A stretch of 42,752 nt of DNA from Candidatus Eiseniibacteriota bacterium (lineage in GTDB: Bacteria; Orphanbacterota; Orphanbacteria; Orphanbacterales; Orphanbacteraceae), in NCBI GenBank assembly GCA_043809585.1, contig JBDROZ010000058.1, positions 1 through 42,752 of the forward strand. The letters are read 5' to 3'. Shown here one piece after another: positions 27,260-37,127 of the stretch; positions within the stretch are counted from its first letter, which is position 1; every line of letters begins with the position of its first letter. A model generated the notes under the pieces. It was not told the origin of the DNA and did not search any database. It saw nothing but the letters and a program-made list of their open reading frames with translations. The translations under genes were made by a program, and so were the position numbers.

Positions 27260-27970
27260 CTAAGCTCTCGCCCTGTCCTTGAGCAGCAGGGTGGTCGGGT
27301 CGAGCTCGATCATCAGGTCCCCCGGGCTCTCGTTTTCGTGGTCCTTCAGCAGGCGGAGCCGGATCGAACCTTCCACCGGCTCCAGGTAGATCTTCACGTC
27401 GAGCCACTCGTCGAAGGGCATCACCGGATCGGGATATCCGGAGGAGCCCTTCGGCGTTTCCCGGTGGGAGAGGGCGGTGAGCCAGACCTCGGCGTTCAGT
27501 TCCCCCGCGAGGTCCTTGATCATGCCGATGTCCTCCTTCGAAGCGTCGCCGAAGGGGAAGTTGTCGACCAGGAGGACGTCAGGCGTGAACTCGGCGTGCT
27601 CCCGGAGGAACCGAGCCTCGTCACGCAGGCGGTCGGCCCGGAAGGTGCCCGGCTGGTACGAGTGGATGTGCCGCCGCCGCTCCACGTGGAGCCGGACCCG
27701 TTCCGCCTCGCGGAGGCCCGTGGTCTTCGCCAGTTCGAGGAAGGTCATGTCGTAGAATTTCCGGACGTGATCGACCGTGTCGCCCACCGACACGTGGAGG
27801 ACCTTGCGTTCCCGCATCAGATCGTCGAGGGCGATTCCCACGAGGAAGGTGGACTTGCCCACCCCGGGCCGGGAGATGACGACGCCCAGGTTCCCCCGGC
27901 CGAGACCGCCGTGGATGCTCTTCTCGAAGACCCGGAGGGGGCTGCGCTCGTTCACCTCTTTGCTATACAT
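27260..27970 (-). CDS. RecA/KaiC/DnaB-like single-domain P-loop ATPase of unknown function
   Basis: [21 protein letters not shown] (Walker A), KVLHVS, VLLVD (Walker B). Start overlaps the fusA stop. Confidence 0.82.
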   Translation of the reverse strand: MYSKEVNERSPLRVFEKSIHGGLGRGNLGVVISRPGVGKSTFLVGIALDDLMRERKVLHVSVGDTVDHVRKFYDMTFLELAKTTGLREAERVRLHVERRRHIHSYQPGTFRADRLRDEARFLREHAEFTPDVLLVDNFPFGDASKEDIGMIKDLAGELNAEVWLTALSHRETPKGSSGYPDPVMPFDEWLDVKIYLEPVEGSIRLRLLKDHENESPGDLMIELDPTTLLLKDRARA

Positions 27971-30056
27971 GGGCGCTTCCTTCCTGCTTTTTCTTGCGGA
28001 GTTCGTCGATCAGCTCCGTGGCGAGGTCGCGGGGCATCGGGGCGTACCGCGCGAACTCCATGGTGAACTCCGCCTTCCCCTGGGTGGCGGACCGGAGCGA
28101 CGTGGCGTAACCGAACATCTCGGAGAGCGGCACCTCGGCGTCCACGCGGACGAACTCGTTCTCGTCCGTCGTACCGATGATGATCCCCCGGCGCTGCATG
28201 ACCGTTCGCAGCATCTCCCCCTGAAACTCGGTCGGTCCTTCGAGGGCGACGGTCATGATCGGCTCGAGGAGCACCGGCTTCGCCTTCGGATAGACCTCCC
28301 GGAAGGCGCCCTTCGCGGCGGCCTGGAAGGCCATCTCCGACGAGTCGACACTGTGGGCGGCGCCGTCCTCGAGGACGACCCGCACCCCGGTGACCGGGAA
28401 CCCGATGAGCCGGCCTTCGGCCATCTCTCCCCGGAAGCCCTTCTCGCACGCCGGAATGTACTCGGTGGGGATGTTCCCCCCCTTCACATCGCTTCGGAAC
28501 TCGAACTCGCACTCGCCGCACGGCTCCATGTACCCCTGGACCTTCCCGAACTGGCCGGATCCGCCCGTCTGTTTCCTGTGAGTATACGTGAAGTCCGCCC
28601 GCTGGGTGATCGCTTCTCGGTAGGCCACCCGGGGGGGGCCGGTCTCGACCTCGGCGTTGTACTCCCGGCGCATCCGCTCGATGTAGACCTCGAGATGGAG
28701 CTCGCCCATCCCCGAGATCAAGGTCTCGCCGCTCTCCCCGTCCACGGAGGTCCGGAAGGTGGGGTCCTCCTTGGTGAACCGGGCGAGGGCCCGGGAAAGC
28801 TTGTCCTGGGCCTCCCGGGTTTTCGGCTTCACGGCGAGGGAGATCACCGGGTCGGGCACGTGCATCGACGTCAGGCTGTACCGGTAGCCGTCGGCGGCGA
28901 AGGAGTCGCCGGAAGCGCAGTCGACGCCGAAGAGGGTGACGATGTCGCCCGCGTCCGCTCGGGCGATGTCCGCCATCTCGTCGGCGTGCATCCGCGCGAT
29001 CCGTCCGATCCGGACCTTCTTGTTCGTCCGGTTGTTGACGACCGTGTCCCCTTTCGCGAGCGTCCCCTGGTAGATCCGGAGGTAGGTCAGCTGACCATAC
29101 GGTCCGTCCTCGAGCTTGAAGGCGAGGGAGAGGAACGGGTCGGAAACGCTGTTCGTCACCACCCGGGTTTCGTCGCCCGAATCGAGGGCGAGGGCCTCGT
29201 TGACGATGTCGAGGGGGGAGGGGAGGTACCGGACCACCGCGTCGAGCAGCTTCTGGACGCCTTTGTTCTTGTACGCCGAACCGAGGAGCACCGGCGTCAA
29301 CTCGAGATCGAGGGTACCCTTCCGGATGGCGGCGTGGATCAGTTCCTCCGTGATTCTCTCCTCGAGAATCGCCTCGGTCAGCTCTTCGGAGAAGAGGGAT
29401 GCGGCGTCGAGCATCGCCTCCCGCGCCTCTCCGGCCTCGGCGAGCATGTCCGCCGGGATCTCCTCCTCCACGACGCTCTCGCCCTTCTCCCCCTCGAAGG
29501 TGTACGCCTTCATGGTGATCAGGTCGACGACGCCCCTGTGATCCGCCTCGAGACCGATCGGGAGTTGGAGGAGCACGGCGTTGTGGCCGAGCTTTTCCTT
29601 CAGCTGTCTCGCCACGCGGACGGGGTTCGCCCCCGAACGGTCGCACTTGTTCACGAAAGCGATCCGGGGGACCCCGTAGCGCTTCATCTGCCGGTCCACG
29701 GTGATCGACTGGGACTGGACGCCGGCGACGGAGCAGAGCACGAGCACGGCGCCGTCGAGAACTCGGAGCGCCCGCTCCACCTCGATGGTGAAGTCCACGT
29801 GGCCCGGCGTGTCGATGATGTTGATGTGATGGCCCGACCAGGTGACGTGGGTGGCGGCGGACTGGATGGTGATCCCCCGCTCCCGCTCGAGCTCCATCGA
29901 ATCCATCTTCGCGCCCACGCCGTCCTTGCCGTTCACGTCGTGAATCTCGTGGATCCGGTCGGTGTAGAATAGGATGCGCTCGGTCAGGGTGGTCTTCCCC
30001 GAATCGATGTGGGCGCTGATCCCGATGTTACGAAGTTTCCTTACGTCCGTGATCAT
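27963..30056 (-). CDS. fusA: Elongation factor G, mitochondrial EF-G1/spdEF-G1-like
   Basis: [80 protein letters not shown]. Confidence 0.97.
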   Translation of the reverse strand: MITDVRKLRNIGISAHIDSGKTTLTERILFYTDRIHEIHDVNGKDGVGAKMDSMELERERGITIQSAATHVTWSGHHINIIDTPGHVDFTIEVERALRVLDGAVLVLCSVAGVQSQSITVDRQMKRYGVPRIAFVNKCDRSGANPVRVARQLKEKLGHNAVLLQLPIGLEADHRGVVDLITMKAYTFEGEKGESVVEEEIPADMLAEAGEAREAMLDAASLFSEELTEAILEERITEELIHAAIRKGTLDLELTPVLLGSAYKNKGVQKLLDAVVRYLPSPLDIVNEALALDSGDETRVVTNSVSDPFLSLAFKLEDGPYGQLTYLRIYQGTLAKGDTVVNNRTNKKVRIGRIARMHADEMADIARADAGDIVTLFGVDCASGDSFAADGYRYSLTSMHVPDPVISLAVKPKTREAQDKLSRALARFTKEDPTFRTSVDGESGETLISGMGELHLEVYIERMRREYNAEVETGPPRVAYREAITQRADFTYTHRKQTGGSGQFGKVQGYMEPCGECEFEFRSDVKGGNIPTEYIPACEKGFRGEMAEGRLIGFPVTGVRVVLEDGAAHSVDSSEMAFQAAAKGAFREVYPKAKPVLLEPIMTVALEGPTEFQGEMLRTVMQRRGIIIGTTDENEFVRVDAEVPLSEMFGYATSLRSATQGKAEFTMEFARYAPMPRDLATELIDELRKKKQEGSAHV

Positions 30057-30255
30057 GGTGGGGTTCCCCGCGCCGGGCGCCTCGGGCAATCAGAAGGCTC
30101 CCGACTCGCGCCGGGAGCCCGCGCTTCGGGCGGATTTCCGCCCGGGACCGTCCTTTGAATAGGTCAAACGAGGAATATACGGCCCTGAGGTGATTGCCGC
30201 AACTCTTTTTCCCGCGGGCGGTCCGACAGGTTCCCGCCCGGAGGAGGTGATTCCG

Positions 30256-30516
30256 ATGAAACGAACCGTCCTGACCCTTCTCGCCGGGGCCCTTGCCGGC
30301 CTTGTCATCGCCGCGGCCGGCGCCAGGGCGACCGGCGGAGACGACCGCTATCAGGTCTCTCCGTCGGGTCAGGGAGCCTTCGTCGTACTCGACCGGATCA
30401 CCGGCCAGTGGGAGCACGTCGCCACCAGGCCCGACGCCCAAGGAAGGCTGACGGTCATGCGCGGCGCCTACCGGGGTGATCAGGTCGACGGGAGGGACGT
30501 GCCTCTGAAAAAGTAG
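30256..30516 (+). CDS. Small exported hypothetical protein (86 aa)
   Basis: GGAGGAGG RBS; signal peptide MKRTVLTLLAGALAGLVIAAAG; RYQV.....AFVVLDRITGQ. Confidence 0.7.
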   Translation: MKRTVLTLLAGALAGLVIAAAGARATGGDDRYQVSPSGQGAFVVLDRITGQWEHVATRPDAQGRLTVMRGAYRGDQVDGRDVPLKK

Positions 30517-30740
30517 CCCGAGTCCTCACGGGGCCTCCGAAAGGGCTTGACATTTGCCCCAAATCTTTGGGATTGTTACAGTTGTCTTGAAGCCCCGGCC
30601 GCGTGAGAACTCGCAAACTCTGGGTTAGGAACCCTAAGTCATTTATTCTTTGGTTGTTAGAAACGGCACCCCGGCCGAAACCGTCGCTGGCGGCCCGGAC
30701 CTCCTGGCCGGAGACCGCGCGACTCAAGAGGGAGACGAGG

Positions 30741-32048
30741 ATGGTGACGCTTCAACAGAGACTGGAAGAACTGGTTCCGAAATGGCGGGAGGAACGGGGC
30801 AGGCTCCTCAAGGAGAAGGGCGACGCGGTCATCAGCAAGGTGACGGTGGCTCAGGCATTCGGGGGGATGCGCGGGGTGAAGGGGATGATCTGCGACACTT
30901 CGGTCGTGGAACCAGGCCAGGGGCTCTTCATCCGGGAGAACTTCCTTCTCGACATCATGGATCTCTGGCCGGAGCAGACCTTCGTTCTTCTCCTGACGGG
31001 CGAGATTCACGACCGGGAGAGCGAACTGATCAAGGCGTACCAGCTGGAGATGGACAAACGGTCCTGGCTGCCCGATTACGTCTACGACGTGCTCGAAGCG
31101 ATGCCGGAGGACAGCCATCCGATGTGCATGCTCGACACGGGCATCCTCGTCATGGAGAAGGAGAGCACCTTCCGCTACATGTACGACAAGGGCATGCGGA
31201 AGGAGGACTACTGGAAGGCGACCCTCGACGATTCCCTCAACCTTCTCGCCAAACTTCCGAGTCTCGCGGCCGCGGTCTACCGGCTCCGCTATGACAAGGG
31301 AGGGTACATCGACTGGACGCCCGGCCTCGACTGGGGCGCCAACTACGCCAACATGCTGGGCATTCCCGACCCGAACGGAGAGTTCGCCGAGCTGATGCGG
31401 CTCTACCTGCACTTCCACTGCGACCACGAAGGGGGCAACGTCAGCGCGAACACGTGCCACACCGTCGGGTCCGCCCTCTCCGATCCGTACTACGCGGTCT
31501 CGGCCGGCCTGAACGGCCTCGCCGGCCCGCTCCACGGACTGGCGAACCAGGAGTGCCTCGGCTGGATCATCGAGACGATCGAGAAATTCGGCGGCGTACC
31601 GTCGGAGAAGCAGATCCGGGACTACGCCTTCGAGACGCTCCGGGCGGGGAAGGTGGTGCCCGGCTACGGCCACGCCGTCCTCCGGGTGACCGATCCCCGG
31701 TTCACCGGTTTCAACATGTTCGGGAAGAAGTACATCCCCGAGGACCCGGTCTTCAAGACCGTGGACACCGTATTCAACGTGGTGCCCAAAGTGCTCGAAG
31801 AATTCTCGAACGAGCGGGTGAAGGCGGGCAAGAACCCGATCGCGAATTTCTGGCCGAACGTGGACGCGGGCTCCGGCGCCCTGCTCTACCACTACGGACT
31901 GACCGAGTTCGAGTACTACACGGTGCTCTTCAGCGTCTCCCGGGCCATGGGGATGCTCTCGCAGCTTGTGTGGAACCGGGCGGTCGGCACGGCGCTGACG
32001 CGGCCGAAGTCGGTAAGCATGAAGTGGATCGGTGAAAACGCCAAGTAG
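30741..32048 (+). CDS. gltA: Citrate (Si)-synthase, eukaryotic-type
   Basis: GGMRG.KG..CDTS, DHEGGNVSA, SALSDPY, GLNGLAGPLHGLANQE, VPGYGHAVLR.TDPRF, WPNVDA, YYTVLFSVSRA, RPKS. Confidence 0.96.
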   Translation: MVTLQQRLEELVPKWREERGRLLKEKGDAVISKVTVAQAFGGMRGVKGMICDTSVVEPGQGLFIRENFLLDIMDLWPEQTFVLLLTGEIHDRESELIKAYQLEMDKRSWLPDYVYDVLEAMPEDSHPMCMLDTGILVMEKESTFRYMYDKGMRKEDYWKATLDDSLNLLAKLPSLAAAVYRLRYDKGGYIDWTPGLDWGANYANMLGIPDPNGEFAELMRLYLHFHCDHEGGNVSANTCHTVGSALSDPYYAVSAGLNGLAGPLHGLANQECLGWIIETIEKFGGVPSEKQIRDYAFETLRAGKVVPGYGHAVLRVTDPRFTGFNMFGKKYIPEDPVFKTVDTVFNVVPKVLEEFSNERVKAGKNPIANFWPNVDAGSGALLYHYGLTEFEYYTVLFSVSRAMGMLSQLVWNRAVGTALTRPKSVSMKWIGENAK

Positions 32049-32073
32049 GGCAAAGGCAAACTGGAGACGACGG

Positions 32074-32106
32074 GCGGCGGGGCCTAAGCCCCGCCGCTCT
32101 CTTTCT
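32074..32106 (+). terminator. Hairpin terminator between convergent gltA and ggt
   Basis: GCGGCGGGGC-CTAA-GCCCCGCCGC followed by TCTCTTTCT. Confidence 0.65.
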
Positions 32107-33817
32107 ATCGGTTCCGGCCGAGCGCCGCGCCCCCCTTCCGGGGATCGCCGGCGCCTTGGTAGCCCCCCTCGACCCGGCGGATGAGCTGAACCGCCGCGAC
32201 CGTCGGGATCGAGCTCAGCCCGTGCCCCTTGCCGAAGAGGCCTTGCTGCGTCTCCTTGTCGAACCCGGGCTCGAGCCAGAGCGTGTTCGGCATCCACTGA
32301 TGGTGGAAGCGCCCCGCCGCCACCGCCTCTCCCGCGTCCATGCCGTAGAGCATCACGTTCAGGAGGCATTGCAGCGTTCCCGTGATGATGCGGGGGCCTC
32401 CCGATCCGCCGGCCGCGGCGAAGATCCCCTCGTCGTCGAGGACGATCGTCGGGGACATGCTGGAGAGGGGCCGCTTCCCCGGTTCCGGCCGGTTTCCTTC
32501 CGACTGCCGGAGCCGATACAGATTCGCCTTTCCCGGGCGCGTGGTGAAGTCGTCCATCGTGTCGTTCAGGAGGAATCCGAACTCCTCGACCGCCACGTAC
32601 GATCCGAAGTCATTGTTGATCGATTCGGTGGCGCTCACCCCGTTCCCCCGGGCGTCGACGACAGAGAAGTGGCTCGTCCCCCCGTCGTCCGGTGGGGCGG
32701 CGCGGGTCCCGTAGGCCTCCGGCTTCTTCGTGCGTTTCCGGTCGACGAGGGCGGCCCGCTCGTCGAGGTAGGGGCCCGAAAGAAGGCGTTCCGACGGGAC
32801 CTCCGTGAACACCGGGTCGCCGAGCCATTCCGCCCGGTCCGCGAACCCGTGCTTTATCGCCTCCGCGAGAAGGTGGATGTGGAGGGACGAGTGGAATTCG
32901 GGTATCTCTCCCCCCATCGCCCGGTCGAAGATCCCGAGGATCTCCAGGAGCGTGATCCCTCCGCTCGAAGGAGGGGGCATGGTGAGGAGTCTCTTCCCGG
33001 TGAACACCCCCTCGAGCGGTTTCAATTCCCGGGCGTCGAACGCGGCGAGGTCATCCCTCCCGAGGACGCCCCCTCCCTCCGCCACCGCCGCCGCGACGGC
33101 TTCGCCGATCGGGCCGCCGTAATACGCGCCGGCCCCGCTCTCGGCGATCAACCGGAGGGCCTTCGCCTGCTCCGGGAGCCGGAGCATGTCCCCTTCCCGG
33201 ATCCCGCCGCGGCCGAGAAACCTCTCCCAGAGAAACCGGTAGGTCTCCTTCCACGACGGTTTCTCCTCGAAGAGCGCCGCCGTGGCCGCCGCCGCTTCCG
33301 CGTAGTGGGCGTCCACGACGAATCCCTCCTCCGCCGCCCGGATCGCCGGAGCGAGAACCACGGCCCTTTCCAAGGACCCGTACTTCTCCAAGACGTGCAG
33401 GGCGCCGGCCGCCATGCCCGGGATGCCGATCGAATGGGCACCGACCAGACTCGCCAGGGTGTCCGGGAGGTTCTCGTAGTAGTCGGGGCCCACGGCGGAG
33501 GGGGCGCGCTCCCGGCAGTCGACGGCGATCGTCCGATTCTCGGCGGCGAGATGGACCAGCCAGAAACCGCCTCCCCCGAGACCGCAGGAGTAGGGCCGGA
33601 CCACGGAGAGGCAGAAGGCGGTGGCCACCGCGGCGTCCGCGGCGTTGCCGCCCCCCTCCAGCATCTCCCGCCCCGCCGCCGCGGCGATCGGATGGTCGGC
33701 GGCCACCACGCCGCCGGTGTAAACATCTTCCTCCGCGGCGGGAATCGCGGCGGCGAGCGTCAACAGCAGGAGGGCGAGAATTCGGCCTCGCGGCCGGATC
33801 GGGACGGACCGGTTCAT
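32105..33817 (-). CDS. ggt: Gamma-glutamyltransferase, exported
   Basis: ATG 33817 after GAGGAG. GGNAADAAVA, GLGGGGF, RERAP, PPPSSGG, autocleavage GTSHFSVVD, PGKRPLSSMSP, GGSGGPRI, GDPRKGG. Confidence 0.96.
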   Translation of the reverse strand: MNRSVPIRPRGRILALLLLTLAAAIPAAEEDVYTGGVVAADHPIAAAAGREMLEGGGNAADAAVATAFCLSVVRPYSCGLGGGGFWLVHLAAENRTIAVDCRERAPSAVGPDYYENLPDTLASLVGAHSIGIPGMAAGALHVLEKYGSLERAVVLAPAIRAAEEGFVVDAHYAEAAAATAALFEEKPSWKETYRFLWERFLGRGGIREGDMLRLPEQAKALRLIAESGAGAYYGGPIGEAVAAAVAEGGGVLGRDDLAAFDARELKPLEGVFTGKRLLTMPPPSSGGITLLEILGIFDRAMGGEIPEFHSSLHIHLLAEAIKHGFADRAEWLGDPVFTEVPSERLLSGPYLDERAALVDRKRTKKPEAYGTRAAPPDDGGTSHFSVVDARGNGVSATESINNDFGSYVAVEEFGFLLNDTMDDFTTRPGKANLYRLRQSEGNRPEPGKRPLSSMSPTIVLDDEGIFAAAGGSGGPRIITGTLQCLLNVMLYGMDAGEAVAAGRFHHQWMPNTLWLEPGFDKETQQGLFGKGHGLSSIPTVAAVQLIRRVEGGYQGAGDPRKGGAALGRNR

Positions 33818-33970
33818 GGGAATCGTCTCCTCTTCGGGGGGTTCCGTATCCGGCATTGTAGGGGAGCGCGGGAATCGATGCCAGCAGGCTGACCTCGATC
33901 CGGCAAAAGATCGCGAGTGAAAACGCGCGAGAGTCAGCGATTGGAGCCGAGATTTTGTGAAAGATCAAGG

Positions 33971-36877
33971 TTAAGGTCGACGTCGCTCCCGGGTCCCGAG
34001 GAGGCGCCGCAGCCCTTCGAGCGCCTGGGGAAGTTCCGGGTTCGCGGCGACCGCGTCCCGGTACGCTTCGATCGCCTCCTCCTTCCGCCCCGCCTGTTCG
34101 AGGGCGACGCCGAGATAAACCCCCGTCACGGCGCGGTCCTCGCCGAGCCGCATCGCCTCCCGGAGGCAGCGCTCCGCCTCCCCCCAATCCCCCTCGCGCA
34201 TCGCCGCCGTCCCGAGAAGGAGGTGGGCCTCCGAGGAGAGCGAATCAAGCTTGAGGGCGAGGCCCGCCTCGGTCCGGGCCAGCGCCGCGAGCCGGGGTTC
34301 GTTCTCCCAGCCCGCCCGGGCGAGCAGGATCCGGGCTTTCAGATTGTGGATACCGACCCGGTCGGGGTCGGGCCGCTTTTCCTCCTCGGCGATCTCCAGG
34401 TACGCCACGGGCAGATCCCAGAGGCGCACGGCCCCGTCGGCGAGGGCGAGGTGGGCGTTCCCCGAGGCCTCGTGCAGCTTCGTCCGGTCGTGGAGGAGCG
34501 CAAGGGCGTCCCGGTTCCCGAAGACTCCCGGATCGTCGATGTGGCGGGGGGCGGAGAACTCGAGGAGCATGTTGTCGTCCCGGTTGAGCGGCGCCTTCCG
34601 GACCGCCCGCCACGCCCGGTCGTTCTCGTCCCGGTGGATCGTGAAGAGATACATGGTCATGAGGACGTAGGGGTTCGTGATCGAGACTTCTTCGAGTGCC
34701 GCCCGGGCGGCGGGGGAGGAGAGCCGCTCCTCGATCTTCGGGAAGTCGAAGAGGATCGGGTTCCGGCTTCCGAGGAGAACCAGGTCCCCCCGGGCGGGGA
34801 GGAAGACGTCCACGTACTCGAAGACGGAGGCGAAGGTGTGGAGGACGGAGAAGAGATCTTCCCGGCTCATTCCGTAATACTGGATCCACTGGGAGACGAC
34901 TCCGCCCGGAGCGAGACGGCGCTTGATCAGCTCGAAGGCCTCCTCGGTGAACAGGTTGTTGATGCCCGAGATCCAGGGATTGGATGGCTGGGAGACGACG
35001 ACGTCGTAGCTCGTTTCCGACGCGAGGAGGTGGTTCCGGCCGTCGTTGACGAGGATCCGGGCCCTCGGGTCCTCGAGAAGATCGCGGTTTTCGGCGGCGA
35101 AGAACCGGGCGCCCCCGATCATGGCCCTCTCGATCTCGACGATGTCGACACTCCGCGCCCCCTGGATGAGGGCCTGAGCGGCGCTCACGCCGCTCGCGAG
35201 TCCGATGACGAGCACCCGCTCCGCCGGGCCGTGGAGGACCATCGGGATCTGGCCGATGGCGACCTGGGTCCGCATGTCCACGCCGCTCGATGCGTCGGTC
35301 TTGCCGTTGGTCTGCATCGTCCGGACGCCGTTGTTCTCCCGGACCGTGACGGTGCTCGTGATTCCCTCCGCGTAGTAGAGAAGCTCGAACCTCTCGAGGA
35401 ACTGCTCGAGCCGCTCGGGCGACGTGGCGAGCCGGCGGAGCGCGTTCTGGTAAGGACCGACGGTCATTCTCTTCTTGTCCCACACCGGCAGGTTTCCCGC
35501 CTGCTGGATCAGGAGGACGATGACGAGCCCGGCCGCGGCGCCACCGAGAACGCCGTTTCTCCACCGCCCCGGTCGGGCCCGGAGGGCGAGGACGAATCCG
35601 ATCAGGGCGTTCAGGGAGACGAAGAGGGCCATCCCGTTCCGGACGCCGAGAACGGGGAGAAAGAGAAAGCCCGCGAGGAAGGACCCGAGAATGCCCCCCG
35701 CCGTGTTGAAGGCATAGACGTTCCCCACGCTCCTTCCGATCCATCTCTTCTCCCGGTAATGGAGGGCGGCCACAACGGGGAATGCGGCCCCCATGGCGAG
35801 GGTGGGGAGGAGCATGGTAAGAAGGCTGAACGAGAAGCGGAGGGCGTCGAAAAGAAAAGGACGGTCGCCGAGCCCTTGGGAGAGACGGACGAACCAGTAG
35901 GGATATCGGGAAAAGAGGAGCATCGTGCCGAAGCAGGCGACGGCGACGAAGAGCTCGAGCCCGCCGAAGAGGAGGATGAGGTTCTTCGTCCGGCGGAGAA
36001 GGGGGGAGATCGCGATGCTTCCGAGGGAGAGCCCGGCGAGGAAGGCGGTCAGCATCAGCGTGAAGGCGTAGACCGAGGGACCGACGATCAGGACGAGCAC
36101 CCGCGTCCAATAGACTTCGTAGCACATGGAGAGAGCGCCGCAGAGGAAGAAAGCGCCGAGCACGAGGGGGAGAGTCCCCGAGGGCCCTTCGGTTTCCCTC
36201 TCCGCCCCCTTTTCCTCTTCTTCCCCGAAGGGCGCGCCCCCTTCCCGCCGGGCCAGGAGAATGACGGCGAGGGCGAGGAGGAAATTCAGGGCCGCGGCGA
36301 ATCGGATCGTCCCCGCCATGCCGAGCTCCGGAAGCAGGAGGAACCCGGCCGATGCGGTGCCGAGCACGGCGCCGAGGGTGTTGACTCCGTAGAGCACGCC
36401 GACCCGGGATCCCGTGTTCCCCCCGTCCTTGGAGCCGGCGAATCGGCGGACCAGGAGGGGAAGGGATCCGCCCATCAGGAGCGTCGGGGGGACCAGGACC
36501 GCCGCGGCGAGGAGAAAACGGATCGCCCCGAACCGGACGAGATCGTCCCCTTCTCCGAAGGCCCGCTCGAAGGAGAGGTAGACGGGGTGGAGGAGGCGGA
36601 AGATGACCGGCACCAGGAGGGCGTAGGCGCCGATCGCCGCTTCGAGCCACCCGTAGACGCGGAGGGGGTTCCTCATCCGGTGAGCCCACCGGCCGAAGAG
36701 GTAGGCGCCGAGACCGAGGCCGCCCATGAAGGCCGCGAGCACCGTCGCGACGGCGAAGGAGGTCACTCCGAAGATCAGGGAGAGCATCCGGACCCACGCC
36801 ACTTCGTAGACGAGGCCCGTCGCCCCGGACAAGAAGAAGCAGATCAGGCAGAAGCGGTACATGCTCCTCGGCGTCAT
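33971..36877 (-). CDS. Fused multi-TM / spermidine-synthase-like SAM-fold protein with C-terminal TPR
   Basis: FFLSGATGLVYEVAW, LAAFMGGLGLG, LYGVNTLGAVLG and a duplicated TM module. VLVIGLASG, IVEIE, DGRNHL, YDVVVSQPSNPW, then TPR-like helices. Start at 36877 or 36862. Confidence 0.9.
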   Translation of the reverse strand: MTPRSMYRFCLICFFLSGATGLVYEVAWVRMLSLIFGVTSFAVATVLAAFMGGLGLGAYLFGRWAHRMRNPLRVYGWLEAAIGAYALLVPVIFRLLHPVYLSFERAFGEGDDLVRFGAIRFLLAAAVLVPPTLLMGGSLPLLVRRFAGSKDGGNTGSRVGVLYGVNTLGAVLGTASAGFLLLPELGMAGTIRFAAALNFLLALAVILLARREGGAPFGEEEEKGAERETEGPSGTLPLVLGAFFLCGALSMCYEVYWTRVLVLIVGPSVYAFTLMLTAFLAGLSLGSIAISPLLRRTKNLILLFGGLELFVAVACFGTMLLFSRYPYWFVRLSQGLGDRPFLFDALRFSFSLLTMLLPTLAMGAAFPVVAALHYREKRWIGRSVGNVYAFNTAGGILGSFLAGFLFLPVLGVRNGMALFVSLNALIGFVLALRARPGRWRNGVLGGAAAGLVIVLLIQQAGNLPVWDKKRMTVGPYQNALRRLATSPERLEQFLERFELLYYAEGITSTVTVRENNGVRTMQTNGKTDASSGVDMRTQVAIGQIPMVLHGPAERVLVIGLASGVSAAQALIQGARSVDIVEIERAMIGGARFFAAENRDLLEDPRARILVNDGRNHLLASETSYDVVVSQPSNPWISGINNLFTEEAFELIKRRLAPGGVVSQWIQYYGMSREDLFSVLHTFASVFEYVDVFLPARGDLVLLGSRNPILFDFPKIEERLSSPAARAALEEVSITNPYVLMTMYLFTIHRDENDRAWRAVRKAPLNRDDNMLLEFSAPRHIDDPGVFGNRDALALLHDRTKLHEASGNAHLALADGAVRLWDLPVAYLEIAEEEKRPDPDRVGIHNLKARILLARAGWENEPRLAALARTEAGLALKLDSLSSEAHLLLGTAAMREGDWGEAERCLREAMRLGEDRAVTGVYLGVALEQAGRKEEAIEAYRDAVAANPELPQALEGLRRLLGTRERRRP

Positions 36878-37127
36878 CCTGTTCCCATCGACATCGTTCT
36901 TCTGGATCCCTCGCGATTCCGCGCCGCGAGGACATCTTAGCCGATGAAGCGGCTCAATCCAAGATCGGCGGAGGGAACGCCCGGAACCTCGCGCGGAGGA
37001 GATCCCCCTATTGATTGATGCGCAAGCGTATGATAAACTCCAGACTATCCAACCGTGGTGCAATCCCGGTCCGCCCGTCCGGACTTCGAGGCGGGCGACC
37101 CCGCCCGTCGCAGCAAGGAAGAGCGAC

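Noticed and set aside
33917-36940. Long antisense or alternative-frame ORFs (e.g. 1007 aa here; also 4945-6660, 18659-21538, 22269-24827, 27777-29972)
   Set aside because: Shadow ORFs expected from high-GC codon bias opposite well-supported genes; no recognisable motifs.
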